Of a DNA stretch of 64,000 nt, positions 26,300 to 36,076 are shown in pieces. The stretch is from Minisyncoccota bacterium (GTDB taxonomy: Bacteria > Patescibacteriota > Microgenomatia > UBA1400 > UBA12028). The DNA lies in the NCBI GenBank assembly GCA_016211945.1, contig JACRHV010000004.1, forward strand, positions 130,649 through 194,648. The letters run 5' to 3'. The position numbers and the translations under genes were made by a program. The notes under the pieces are model-generated. The model was not told the DNA's origin. It was given only the letters and a program-made list of their open reading frames with translations, and did no database searches. Position 1 is the first letter of the stretch; each line of letters begins with the position of its first letter.

Positions 26300-27376
26300 A
26301 TGCCAAACATTTTTCAAGATGAGTTTTACCGAGTAACGCGTTTGGTCAATGAAGAAATTGAGCGGTTTTTTGACCAAAAACTTGCATCTACCAAAAAAAC
26401 AGATCGACATATTCATGCTATGGTTGAGGTGTTGAAAGAGTATTCTTTACGCGGAGGCAAACACATTCGGCCTTTTTTAACCTGGTGTGGGTATCGAGTT
26501 GCGGGTGGAAAAGAAGAAGGAAAGATCATTCGCGCTGCAGCAGGCGTGGGCCTGCTTCATTTTTATATTTTGAACCTGGATGACATGGCAGACCGCGATA
26601 CACTGCGGCACGGAGGACCAACACTCGAGGAATATTACAAAACCGCGCTGACAAATATTCCACAAAAACATCGAGACCATTATGGCCGATCCTTTAGTGA
26701 GATTGCTGGCGCTCTCTTGAATACATATGCGTATGAGCTCGTCCGCACCTCTGGCTTTGATCCTAAAGATATTCTTGAGGCACTCGGAATTCTTAATAAA
26801 GAGATGTTTGAGGACACTGCGGCCGGATGGCTCATTCATATGCATCAAAATTGGCAGAATGTTGCGGATGCAACAGAAGAAGAGTTTATTAAAGGATTGA
26901 ACTTGGTTACGGCACAGTATACATTCGTTGGTCCATTGTTGATTGGAGCAACATTAGCAGGAACCGGAAAGAAATACTTCCCCGCACTACGCGAATTTGG
27001 TCTGCATGTTGGTACCGCATTTCAGATTCAAGATGACATTCTTGGTCTCTTTGGTGATAAAACAGTAACTGGAAAAGCGGTGGGAAATGATCTCAGAGAG
27101 GGGAAGAAAACGCTTCTTATTCAATACGCGTATCGACATGGAAATTCACACGAAAGGGAGGTCGTTGAGAGAGCTTTGGGAGGTAGTGTTGATGAAAAAA
27201 CATTAATACAGGTTCAACAGATTGTTCAAAAAACAGGAGGGTTAGAACACGGGAAAAAACTCGCAAAAGGATATGTGGAGAAAGGAATTGAAATAATAAA
27301 AACTTCATTGCCAGATAAACAAACACAAGAAATTTTGTTTGAATTAGCCCAATTTATTATTGAGAGAAAATACTAG
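26300..27376 (+). CDS. Polyprenyl diphosphate synthase (trans-isoprenyl diphosphate synthase family)
   Basis: 358 aa. First Asp-rich motif 'LNLDDMADRD' and second 'FQIQDDILG'. Typical all-alpha trans-IPPS. Confidence 0.85.
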   Translation: MPNIFQDEFYRVTRLVNEEIERFFDQKLASTKKTDRHIHAMVEVLKEYSLRGGKHIRPFLTWCGYRVAGGKEEGKIIRAAAGVGLLHFYILNLDDMADRDTLRHGGPTLEEYYKTALTNIPQKHRDHYGRSFSEIAGALLNTYAYELVRTSGFDPKDILEALGILNKEMFEDTAAGWLIHMHQNWQNVADATEEEFIKGLNLVTAQYTFVGPLLIGATLAGTGKKYFPALREFGLHVGTAFQIQDDILGLFGDKTVTGKAVGNDLREGKKTLLIQYAYRHGNSHEREVVERALGGSVDEKTLIQVQQIVQKTGGLEHGKKLAKGYVEKGIEIIKTSLPDKQTQEILFELAQFIIERKY

Positions 27377-27387
27377 ACATAAAGATT

Positions 27388-28254
27388 TCAATACTCTGTA
27401 CACGTCTTTGTCACAGAACAGTACAACCTGCGGAAGAACATCCGAAGCCACCACAAGAATCCGCCGCTTTGTTGCCGCACCTCCATTGTAGGTGTTGGCG
27501 TGGGAACTGGTGATGGTGATAGAGAAGGAGAAGGGGTTGGACTCGCCTTACTACCCAACATACGATACTGCGTTGTCGAGGTATCAACGACTGTCTTGGT
27601 CACGGTCGTACTTTTCTTCACAGTTGGCGACGGAACAGGAGGAACACGAACCCCAAAATATGAAACCTTCGTCGTCTCATCCGCCATCACAGACTTCATC
27701 TCTTTTGGTGTTGTCACCTCCCATCCACCTTTTTCTTTTACCCGAATACGAATACGATCACCAGGAGCTACATCAGAAACACGACCGCCTTCACCATTTT
27801 TCTCAGCGTAGGTAATGTACTGTCTCCAGTATTCATCCTCGTTTTTATCCCATTGGAACTCCCATGATTGCCCCTGCTCATTATTGTTACGAATTCCATC
27901 GGCATTTTTATCCTCATATACTTGGATAATAAACCCCACGCCTTTTCGTTGTTCGCATTTTTCATTATTGGGGTTCGAGTCTAAACGACACAAACCTTTT
28001 TGGTCAGAAGGTCGTCCATATGGCCAACACACCATATTCGAGAGACATTCACGATTTTCTGAACACTGACGGTTACACACCATCGAAACATCATCTACCG
28101 CTCTGTTGCGGAGGTCCTTTGTAGCATCAAGAAAAAATACCGCGAGCGCAGTAACAAATGATAAAAATACGATGAGAAGTAAAGTAAGATATTCCTTAAA
28201 TCTTTTTTGTGCTGAAGAATGGGATGAAGAAAAAGATTTTTTTTGAGATTTCAC
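27388..28254 (-). CDS. Hypothetical membrane-anchored, Cys-rich surface protein with Pro/Thr/Ser linker
   Basis: 288 aa. N-terminal signal-anchor (LTLLLIVFLSFVTALAVFF). Cys-rich segment 'CNRQCSENRECLSNMVCW...'. An SdrD-B/Cna-like 'VYEDKNADGIRNNNEQGQ' stretch. A 'SPTPSPSLSPSPVPTPTPT' linker. Confidence 0.5.
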   Translation of the reverse strand: MKSQKKSFSSSHSSAQKRFKEYLTLLLIVFLSFVTALAVFFLDATKDLRNRAVDDVSMVCNRQCSENRECLSNMVCWPYGRPSDQKGLCRLDSNPNNEKCEQRKGVGFIIQVYEDKNADGIRNNNEQGQSWEFQWDKNEDEYWRQYITYAEKNGEGGRVSDVAPGDRIRIRVKEKGGWEVTTPKEMKSVMADETTKVSYFGVRVPPVPSPTVKKSTTVTKTVVDTSTTQYRMLGSKASPTPSPSLSPSPVPTPTPTMEVRQQSGGFLWWLRMFFRRLYCSVTKTCTEY

Positions 28255-28384
28255 AGGCAGTTCCCTTGTACTACTGTATTCATGGTATCAAATGGGAACA
28301 GAAATGCAACGAGTTAGAAAGTGGCATACAAAAAGGCAGAAATACATAACACACAGCCACATAACCATTTATTCAAAGAAACGT

Positions 28385-28756
28385 TTAGGTTGTTACCGAT
28401 ATAGACCAATCAACTCCTGGTGGCCCCGCATCTGGTCTTGGTTTCTCCACCGTAACTGCAGACAAAGAGAGTTCAGAACGACATCCTTTTATGAACTTTT
28501 CAAATCTCTCCTGCGTGGTTATGCCAGTCTGTACTCCACCCCCTAAAATAAAACCACCAATTCCTAATGTCAATCCCTCGGGTAAATAGATGATATCAAG
28601 CACAAGATTTGCGTTCTTATCATCAGTAATAATGTCTCTGAATTCTCTTTTTATTCTTTCTCTTATTTCTTTCTTTTTTGCTGTTTCACTGCTTGCGTTT
28701 GGCGACGTATCAACCCGCACATCTCTCTTCGTCTCTTTTTTCGCTGCTGGTGGCAT
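28385..28756 (-). CDS. Hypothetical small basic protein
   Basis: ORF with the start taken at the internal 'MPPAAKKETKRD...' to avoid overlap with the lon 3' end. Lys/Arg-rich N-terminus, Gly-rich middle. No homology recognised. Confidence 0.3.
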   Translation of the reverse strand: MPPAAKKETKRDVRVDTSPNASSETAKKKEIRERIKREFRDIITDDKNANLVLDIIYLPEGLTLGIGGFILGGGVQTGITTQERFEKFIKGCRSELSLSAVTVEKPRPDAGPPGVDWSISVTT

Positions 28757-28826
28757 TTTTACTCCTTTTTGGCAGAATAAAAATATGAATAAGGTGAATA
28801 TATCAATATTTATTGCAAAAAACAAG

Positions 28827-31202
28827 TTACCGTACGAGAGCAATCTTAAGTACATCATCAATCATCTCAACAGGATGAAAGGTAATATCTTTCTGTACAT
28901 TGTCCGGAATTTCCCGCAAGTCTTTCGTGTTCGATTTTGGAATGATAACGTCAGTAATGCCGGCGCGGTGCGCAGCAATCACCTTTTCTTTTAACCCACC
29001 TATTTCTAATACCCTCCCGCGCAGAGTGACCTCTCCTGTCATCGCAACATTCTTTTTAACCGGTCGCTTTGTAAACGCGGACACGATTGCCGTCGTCATG
29101 GTTACACCAGCAGACGGACCATCTTTTGGCACCGCTCCCTCTGGAACATGAACATGGATATCTGTTTTTGCAATCAGTTTTAACGGTATGTGAAGTTTTT
29201 TTGTGTTGGCGCGAACGTAGGTATATGCGGCCTTTGCGGACTCTTGCATAACCTTTCCGAGCTGACCGGTAAGCGTAACCTCACCTTTTCCCTCCATAAG
29301 TGCGACTTCAACGAACAACACATCACCACCAACAGAGGTCCATGCGAGGCCTGTCGCCAATCCTACCTCATTTTTCTTCTCGGCAAGATTAGGTAGATAC
29401 TTTGCCGCACCTAACATTTCATCCACCATTTTCGGTGTCATTGTTATCTTTTTTGTATGACCTTTTGCCACCTTTACCGCAACTTTTCTCACAACCTTGT
29501 CTATTTCACGCTCAAGTGAACGAACCCCCGCTTCACGTGTATACAGTTTAATGATGGTGCGCAACACCTCATCCGGAATAACAAGATTCTTTTCAGAAAG
29601 ACCGTTTGAGTTCATGACCTTGTGCAAAAGATGGCGACGGGCAATTTCGAATTTTTCATCTTCCGTATATCCGGAGTACTCAATGACCTCTAGACGGTCA
29701 CGTAGCGCTGGTGGGATTGTATCGAGCACGTTTGCCGTCGTAATAAAAATAACCTCGGAAAGATCAAAGGGGACTTCGAGATAGTGATCGGAAAACCCAT
29801 GGTTTTGCTCGGGATCAAGAGCTTCCAACAATGCCGCAGAAGGGTCTCCACGGAAATCGTTTCCCACTTTGTCAATTTCATCTAACATAAAAACCGGATT
29901 TTTTGTTTCAGCTGTCCGGATTGCCTGGAGGATGCGCCCCGGCATTGCCCCCACGTATGTCCTTCTGTGCCCACGAATCTCTGCCTCGTCACGAATGCCA
30001 CCAAGTGAAACCTTCACAAACTTTCTTCCTAACGCTTTTGCAATTGATCTCCCAATACTTGTTTTTCCAACGCCAGGAGCACCGACAAAACAAAGAATCG
30101 TTGGTGATTTTTGAGACGTTTTTCCTATCTTTAACTTGAGTACTGCTAAATATTCAAGAATACGCTCCTTCACTTCCTTCAGTCCGTAATGGTCCTCTTC
30201 CAAAATGTGTTCTGCCTTGGGAAGAGAAAGAATGCCTTTGCTTCGCTTATTCCACGGCATCTCGATCACGGTATCCAACCACGTACGAATGTATCCACCC
30301 TCCGGATTGCTCATCGACATACGTTCAAGTCGCTTTAATTCTTTTCGAGCTTTTGCCTTGACTTCCTTCGGCATACCCACCTTGGAAATAGCGCGTTGAA
30401 GGTCCTCAATTTCCTTCTCGTCATCTTCACCATCATCACCAAGTTCTTTTTTAATTGTGTGGAGCCGCTCACGAAGTACCTGTTCACGAACATGTTTGTC
30501 AAATTTTTTCTGCGTTTTGTTCGTGATGTTGCGCTCAATTTCAAGCACCTTAATTTCTTTTGCGAGGTGCTCGATAATACGTTCCAACCGGAGACGAACC
30601 TCTGCAGTTTCAAGAAGTTGCTGTTTCTTTGCTGTGGTAATTTCAAGCGTGCTGGCGATTTGATCTGCCAACTCACTGGGACCGGCACCGCTCATGAGTT
30701 TCATGAAGTTTAAAAATTCCACACTTTTTCCAAGATTTACCGCCTGTTTAAACTCGTTGAGCACGTGCTTTGTCAGCGCCTCTGATTCCGGAGATTGATC
30801 AATAATGTCATGAATCTCAGAGATAACCGCGCGGAGATATGGACCGGATTCATCGAGTCGCTCAATGCGGACTCGGGTCAATCCACGGACAAGTGCGTTG
30901 AGCTCTTTGTCTGTTTTTAGTGTCCGATCAACATATGAAAGTGTGCCAACTGAGTACAATTCCTGTGCTGTAGGATCCTGAATGGAGTCTTTTTTTTGGG
31001 AAAGGAACACGATTTTTTTCTCACCTCGCATGGCTTCATGAATTGCATTGATTGAACGAGGTCTTCCAAAAGTCAGAACTGTTTCCGTACTTGGAAAGAT
31101 AACTCCTTCACGAATTGCAACAACCGGAACGAGGATCTCTTTTTGTTCAGTTTTTTGTGGCAATAAAACCTGTTCTACTGATATTTGATCGTCTGTTGTC
31201 AT
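28827..31202 (-). CDS. lon: ATP-dependent Lon protease
   Basis: 791 aa. LON N-domain, AAA+ Walker A 'GAPGVGKTS', and C-terminal 'PKDGPSAGVTMTTAIVS' catalytic Ser with the Lys dyad. Confidence 0.9.
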   Translation of the reverse strand: MTTDDQISVEQVLLPQKTEQKEILVPVVAIREGVIFPSTETVLTFGRPRSINAIHEAMRGEKKIVFLSQKKDSIQDPTAQELYSVGTLSYVDRTLKTDKELNALVRGLTRVRIERLDESGPYLRAVISEIHDIIDQSPESEALTKHVLNEFKQAVNLGKSVEFLNFMKLMSGAGPSELADQIASTLEITTAKKQQLLETAEVRLRLERIIEHLAKEIKVLEIERNITNKTQKKFDKHVREQVLRERLHTIKKELGDDGEDDEKEIEDLQRAISKVGMPKEVKAKARKELKRLERMSMSNPEGGYIRTWLDTVIEMPWNKRSKGILSLPKAEHILEEDHYGLKEVKERILEYLAVLKLKIGKTSQKSPTILCFVGAPGVGKTSIGRSIAKALGRKFVKVSLGGIRDEAEIRGHRRTYVGAMPGRILQAIRTAETKNPVFMLDEIDKVGNDFRGDPSAALLEALDPEQNHGFSDHYLEVPFDLSEVIFITTANVLDTIPPALRDRLEVIEYSGYTEDEKFEIARRHLLHKVMNSNGLSEKNLVIPDEVLRTIIKLYTREAGVRSLEREIDKVVRKVAVKVAKGHTKKITMTPKMVDEMLGAAKYLPNLAEKKNEVGLATGLAWTSVGGDVLFVEVALMEGKGEVTLTGQLGKVMQESAKAAYTYVRANTKKLHIPLKLIAKTDIHVHVPEGAVPKDGPSAGVTMTTAIVSAFTKRPVKKNVAMTGEVTLRGRVLEIGGLKEKVIAAHRAGITDVIIPKSNTKDLREIPDNVQKDITFHPVEMIDDVLKIALVR

Positions 31203-31352
31203 AGTTTTAGCAGTTTATAATATAGAGTGCTAATCGTCAACCCCGAAGAATGATTGCGCCGATGAGAAAAACAACGATCGTGGTAAGAATAAAAACGAGA
31301 AAAAATAATGGCAAGGAAAACTCACGACGTTCCATAGCACAACCCAACAACA

Positions 31353-32585
31353 CTAGGCAGATGTATCATCTCTGTTCATTGTATCATGAGCATCAGCATA
31401 TGGGAGAAGAAAGACGTAGAGACATCGGAAACAAAATGCTCTAATCGTGTTCCATTGTGGCCCTAAACAACAACATCCTCCAAAAAGAAAAAATAAGGAG
31501 GGAAGTTCTGGAAATTCTGTGTGTGGAGTGTTATTGGACAGCGAAGATTCATCCTCTTGTATTTGGCTATTATCAACGCCCGACTCTGTATTCCTCGGAA
31601 AAAAAGATGGCAGGGGGTACTGTGGCAATGTATATATCTGCGTTTTGTTTGGGATCGCCGATTGCGATGCAGTTTGTGGTGTATGGAGTTGCGGTATGTT
31701 GAGATTTTTCTCACCGCGCGTAGGTGTTGAGGCAATATTCCATGCTCCATCCGCATCTTTTGACCAAAATGCCTGTTGCGTACAGGTTGGGATTGTGATC
31801 ATTTCGCGTGCGACATCGTGATACATGAGCACCACTTCATCACCATCTTGATCAATAGCGCGATCTTTCCATTCGTAGACTCCATATCCACGTGGTTGTA
31901 TTACGATGCGTGAGAGTGATCGTTCCTGCACTACATGTGTCCGCACCATCCAACCCGTGAGCTTTATTGGTATTGTGTTCGGATTGTATATCTCGACCCA
32001 ATCTCCTTTTTCGCTGCAGAGTGAAATCTCATTGAGTTGCGGGGGAATGAGGGCGGGAAGTGCCGTTGGTTGAGGAGAAGGTGTTTGAAATACGAAAGAA
32101 GGTAGAGTTGGTGACGGGATTGGGGATGTTGAGGGTGGTGGTGATGATAATGGTGGTATATTTTCTGCTCCCTGCGTCGGAGTTGCCTCTTCCCAAACAC
32201 TGGAAAGAACCGCGCATGTTTTTCCTTCAGATGTGTCTGGACATATGCCAGAACGAAGTTCCTGTCCCTCTGGAGAACGGAGAACTACCTGTTCCGAATC
32301 GTTATTTAGCGCAATACCCGATTCCTGCCGGAGTATCACGAGATAGCCGTTCGACTGGATTGTCTTTCCTAGTAATGAAAACTCGCGGATCGTTCCGTAC
32401 ACATCAGAAATAGTCCACCCATCAAGATTTTGCTCATGTTCTGTTGTGTTATGTAGCTCGATCCACTCCTGAGAAGTGTCATCGCCCGGCGGGTTTGGGT
32501 AAAACTCGGAGATTTCTATTGGTTGCTGGGTAGCATACGCGGGCACCACTAGAACGAGAAAAAAGGGAATGAGAATAAACTTCAT
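31353..32585 (-). CDS. Secreted protein with two lamin-tail (LTD) domains separated by a Pro/Ser/Thr-rich linker
   Basis: Signal peptide 'MKFILIPFFLVLVVPAYA'. LTD1 'IEISEFYPNPPGDDTSQEWIELHNTTEHEQNLDGWTI'. Linker 'PPLSSPPPSTSPIPSPTLPS'. LTD2 'NEISLCSEKGDWVEIYNPNTIPIKLTGWMV'. A hydrophobic C-terminal tail. Confidence 0.6.
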   Translation of the reverse strand: MKFILIPFFLVLVVPAYATQQPIEISEFYPNPPGDDTSQEWIELHNTTEHEQNLDGWTISDVYGTIREFSLLGKTIQSNGYLVILRQESGIALNNDSEQVVLRSPEGQELRSGICPDTSEGKTCAVLSSVWEEATPTQGAENIPPLSSPPPSTSPIPSPTLPSFVFQTPSPQPTALPALIPPQLNEISLCSEKGDWVEIYNPNTIPIKLTGWMVRTHVVQERSLSRIVIQPRGYGVYEWKDRAIDQDGDEVVLMYHDVAREMITIPTCTQQAFWSKDADGAWNIASTPTRGEKNLNIPQLHTPQTASQSAIPNKTQIYTLPQYPLPSFFPRNTESGVDNSQIQEDESSLSNNTPHTEFPELPSLFFLFGGCCCLGPQWNTIRAFCFRCLYVFLLPYADAHDTMNRDDTSA

Positions 32586-32636
32586 TCTGCCATCATTACA
32601 CACGAATCTTACAAATAGCTTACAAAAATGCTAGTG

Positions 32637-33806
32637 CTACTGAACATGGAGGTAGAGACTGATAATATTGTTTTCATGCTCAATGTACTTGATATTAATG
32701 GTACTACCTCCACAACCTTGTGATGAACTAAATAATGTCCCATCGGCCGGAGCACGAATAACTTTGCTGGAATTTGAGATCATATCAAAACCAGTGTGTA
32801 TCCCACCCGAGTATTTGTACCGCCATGAATAGGGAGTATGACCATAATGCTGTGTGAGCAATACGGGATCTTGTAGGGGCCAATCCCATGATCCTCTGCC
32901 GAGTGTTGTGTTCCCTCCCCTCTCACCGTCTTTTACTGTTTTTGATGAAAGATAATTTTCCGGATCTACCCAAGTGTTATCCTTTCGAATCTCGAAATGT
33001 AAGTGTTCTCCTGTTGAGCATCCCGGATATCCCGTATTTCCGACAAGCGCAATAGGGTCACCCCTTTTTATTGGTCCTACTTTCTTTCCGGAAACAAGCG
33101 CCGCCTCAATTGCATTTTTTTCAGCGATCGCCTGTTGAAGTAGTGTTTGAAAACGAGACTCATCATTTTTTGTAGAGGTAAGAAGTGCTTGTTTTTGTAT
33201 CTTCTGTTGCTGAAGCAGGATTTTTTGTGTTTCTAATTTTTTTCGTAATTGTTCGACCTCTCTTTGCTTTTTCTCCTTCACTGTTTTTTCTTCATCATAC
33301 GAGATTTTCTGTATTTCAGCCTCGTTAATCATCGTGCGCGTGTAATTTTGACTCAACTGCATGTATTTATATTTCATAAAAAAATCACCAAAGCTTTGTG
33401 ATGAAAAAAGCAAAAGTGTCGGATCATTCATCCTCTTTTTGTATGCGTTTTGAACACGACTAATAAGTATCTCTGTTAAACGCTTAAGCGAAAGTTCTAG
33501 ACCGCCAATACGAATCTGAAGCATCTCAATCTCTTTTTCTAATCGCTGTATTTCTAATTCTGTTTTTCTCATCTCTCCTTCTGTGAGACGAGTCTTGTTT
33601 TCCAGATATTGTATTGTCGATGAAAGAGTTTTTTGTTGACCTAAATTCTCATTCAAGGCGTTTTTACAATCTTCAACTATCTCATTGATATCTGTCAGCG
33701 TTTTATTTTTACATCCTTCAACCGCCCAAACATGAAAGGTAAAGAAAAAACCGAAAACGATGATTGAAACGAAGAGAAGTTTTCGCATGAAATGTATTGT
33801 ATACAC
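32637..33806 (-). CDS. Coiled-coil M23 family peptidoglycan endopeptidase (EnvC/RipC-like partner of FtsEX); motif order non-canonical
   Basis: 389 aa. Signal/TM, long coiled coil (LEIQRLEKEIEMLQIRIGGLELSLKRL...). Then 'GNTGYPGCSTGEHLHFEIR' (the HxH block) precedes 'WDWPL...GGIHTGFDM...APADGTL...SLYLHV' (the HxxxD/N-terminal M23 blocks). Confidence 0.75.
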   Translation of the reverse strand: MYTIHFMRKLLFVSIIVFGFFFTFHVWAVEGCKNKTLTDINEIVEDCKNALNENLGQQKTLSSTIQYLENKTRLTEGEMRKTELEIQRLEKEIEMLQIRIGGLELSLKRLTEILISRVQNAYKKRMNDPTLLLFSSQSFGDFFMKYKYMQLSQNYTRTMINEAEIQKISYDEEKTVKEKKQREVEQLRKKLETQKILLQQQKIQKQALLTSTKNDESRFQTLLQQAIAEKNAIEAALVSGKKVGPIKRGDPIALVGNTGYPGCSTGEHLHFEIRKDNTWVDPENYLSSKTVKDGERGGNTTLGRGSWDWPLQDPVLLTQHYGHTPYSWRYKYSGGIHTGFDMISNSSKVIRAPADGTLFSSSQGCGGSTINIKYIEHENNIISLYLHVQ

Positions 33807-33815
33807 TCTACTAGT

Positions 33816-34709
33816 TTACTTAATGAAACGTCGTAATGCGAGAGTACTTGAGAGAAGGCCGATAAAAGCTCCTACGCCTATCCCCACCGCCACCTGCGCT
33901 CCATAGAACTGCCAAGGAATTGGAAGTACCGGAACCTCGCCAAAAAACTCAATAACGAACGGCGTTGCGTATAACACACTTACAAACGCAAAAAGCCAAG
34001 CGAACATTGCGCTGAGTACACCATAGGTCATCCCCTCTACAAGAAACGGTCCGTTAATGTACCAAGATGTTGCCCCCAACAGACGCATAATAGCAATTTC
34101 CTGCCGTTTCATTGCAACCTTCATACTGATAATAATCATTGTGACAACACATGAGGTTATAACGAGTATGGTCATGACGCCAATGCCGATCCCGCGGATT
34201 GCAGAGGTCCATTTCGCTAACGCGTCTACAATGTTCTTCTGATACACAACCTCATCAATCTTGTCCTTATATTGTGATAAATCTTGCTGAATTTGATCTA
34301 ACGCACCAATATCCTTCCCATTTACCTCAATACTTGCTGGCAAAATATCTGCGGTAACAAGCTCCAACAACAAGGGGTCCTGTTTATTTTCCTCTTTATA
34401 GAGCGATAGCGCCTCATTTTTACTTACCACCTTTACTTGTGAGACGTACGGCTTTGTTCGTATTTCTCCCTGAATGCTTGTGATTTCTTCCTGCGTTGCG
34501 TTTTGCTTAAAAAACGCCGTGACTTGTGGTCGTGTCTCAAAATACTGTAGCACATGATTTGACGTATAGCTCAACAATGAGAAAGCATATCCCACAAAAA
34601 ACGTGATAAACAACACGAGGATTGCGCCAAGAGCTTGATATGGTGTGCGGCGAATCTGCTTCCATGCAGTTGAGAAGGCTCTAGCCATCATTCTCCTCCT
34701 TCTCATCAC
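33816..34709 (-). CDS. ftsX: Cell division ABC transporter permease FtsX
   Basis: 297 aa. N-terminal cytoplasmic segment, TM1, a large extracytoplasmic loop, and 3 C-terminal TM helices with an FtsX-like 'LLGAT..YI..PF..EG' region. Confidence 0.85.
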   Translation of the reverse strand: MMRRRRMMARAFSTAWKQIRRTPYQALGAILVLFITFFVGYAFSLLSYTSNHVLQYFETRPQVTAFFKQNATQEEITSIQGEIRTKPYVSQVKVVSKNEALSLYKEENKQDPLLLELVTADILPASIEVNGKDIGALDQIQQDLSQYKDKIDEVVYQKNIVDALAKWTSAIRGIGIGVMTILVITSCVVTMIIISMKVAMKRQEIAIMRLLGATSWYINGPFLVEGMTYGVLSAMFAWLFAFVSVLYATPFVIEFFGEVPVLPIPWQFYGAQVAVGIGVGAFIGLLSSTLALRRFIK

Positions 34710-35412
34710 CCTTTTTCTTCTGTTCTTTTTGATGATGCTTCGTATCTTTCACCATCTTACCTTTTTCTAAGTGAATCTCACGTTTCTTTAAAAGTTTCAC
34801 TAGATCGAGATTGTGCGTTGCCATGAACACCGTTGTTCCTAAATCATTAATCTTTGCAAAAAGACGTGCAATCATGTGCGCTGACTCACTATCAAGATTT
34901 CCAGTTGGCTCATCTGCAAAAATAACCTTAGGTCCTAAGGCGAGTGCGCGCGCAATGCTGACACGCTGTGCCTCACCTCCGGAAAGTTGCACGGGAAAAT
35001 GGTGTTCTTTGTCACTCAATCCAACCAAAACAAGTAAGTCTTTCACACGAGACTCTATTTCTTCTTTTTCCTTCCCTGCAATTTCTAACGGCAAACTGAT
35101 GTTTTCCGCCACCGTACGATCGAGTAATAGTTTGTAGTCTTGGAAAATAACCGCAACCTCTCGACGGTGGTGGGGTACAGCAGATTTTGACATCTCTGCA
35201 AGGTTTTTATCAAAAAAACGAATATCTCCAGTTGTCGGACTCATTTCTTTTGTCAACAGTCGCATGATCGTCGTTTTCCCAGCACCAGACTCACCAACCA
35301 AGAAAACAAACTCACCTGGCTCAACAACAAAAGAAAGATCGGACAGCGCAACTTGTCCTGTATGAAACTGTTTTGTAACGGTTATGAACTCGATCATCTT
35401 GGCAGGGCTCAA
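34681..35412 (-). CDS. ftsE: Cell division ATP-binding protein FtsE
   Basis: Walker A 'GESGAGKTT', ABC signature 'LSGGEAQRVSIARAL', Walker B 'IFADEPTGNLD'. A Lys/Glu-rich C-terminal tail. Confidence 0.9.
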   Translation of the reverse strand: MSPAKMIEFITVTKQFHTGQVALSDLSFVVEPGEFVFLVGESGAGKTTIMRLLTKEMSPTTGDIRFFDKNLAEMSKSAVPHHRREVAVIFQDYKLLLDRTVAENISLPLEIAGKEKEEIESRVKDLLVLVGLSDKEHHFPVQLSGGEAQRVSIARALALGPKVIFADEPTGNLDSESAHMIARLFAKINDLGTTVFMATHNLDLVKLLKKREIHLEKGKMVKDTKHHQKEQKKKGDEKEENDG

Positions 35413-35418
35413 TGCGGA

Positions 35419-36033
35419 TTAATTTCCGCCTCCATTTTTCAGCTCAGCTTTTTCTGCGGCTTTTTGTGCCCAATCTGGAAGCGTTGCGTTTAATTCGAGT
35501 ACCTTCACCTGACCAACGTCCATGAGCCATCCGGCCCGTTGTGCCTTAAAGGTTTCTCCTTTTACCACAACTTTATGATTGACGAACATTGTGAGGTCGA
35601 CGATGGAAGACGTGAGATATACCGTCTGGCTTTCTCCACCGTCACGAACGATGCGATGCGATCCTTCTCCGTTGATGCCACCAGCAAGTAAAACTCCTTC
35701 CGCACTGTCCTTAAATGTTGATGCGTCCGGACTTCCGTACACCTTTCCCACGAGGACTTTTTCACCCTCCTTTGTGGTGTTCGCCTGCTGTGTCGTCATC
35801 GTTTTCTTTGGAGTTGAAAGAGTTCCCGAGTTCGTAAATAAAAGATAACCTGTACCAATGCCTAAAACAACGGCAGCGACAAGAACGGGAAGTAACACCG
35901 ACGTCTTTTTTCCCGCCGCCTGCACGGGTACATCCTGCGTCTCTTGTGCCACGGTATTGTGTTCCATCGCTCCGTCAAAATCTCGCACTACTGATTGATT
36001 CTGTTCATCGTTCATGAAAACCTCCTCTGCCAC
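35419..36033 (-). CDS. Hypothetical single-pass membrane protein
   Basis: 204 aa. Acidic N-terminus, TM 'VLLPVLVAAVVLGIGTGYLLF', and a soluble C-terminal domain. No motif recognised. Confidence 0.5.
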   Translation of the reverse strand: MAEEVFMNDEQNQSVVRDFDGAMEHNTVAQETQDVPVQAAGKKTSVLLPVLVAAVVLGIGTGYLLFTNSGTLSTPKKTMTTQQANTTKEGEKVLVGKVYGSPDASTFKDSAEGVLLAGGINGEGSHRIVRDGGESQTVYLTSSIVDLTMFVNHKVVVKGETFKAQRAGWLMDVGQVKVLELNATLPDWAQKAAEKAELKNGGGN

Positions 36034-36076
36034 AATGACATCACTATAGCATTAGAGTGAAAGAGAGTACAAGAAC

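Noticed and set aside
28757-28861. Upstream part of ORF 28385-28861 (MMMYLRLLSYGNLFFAINIDIF...)
   Set aside because: It overlaps the lon 3' end by 35 nt and encodes a low-complexity hydrophobic peptide. The internal start MPPAAKK (28756) is more plausible. Even then the gene is given low confidence.
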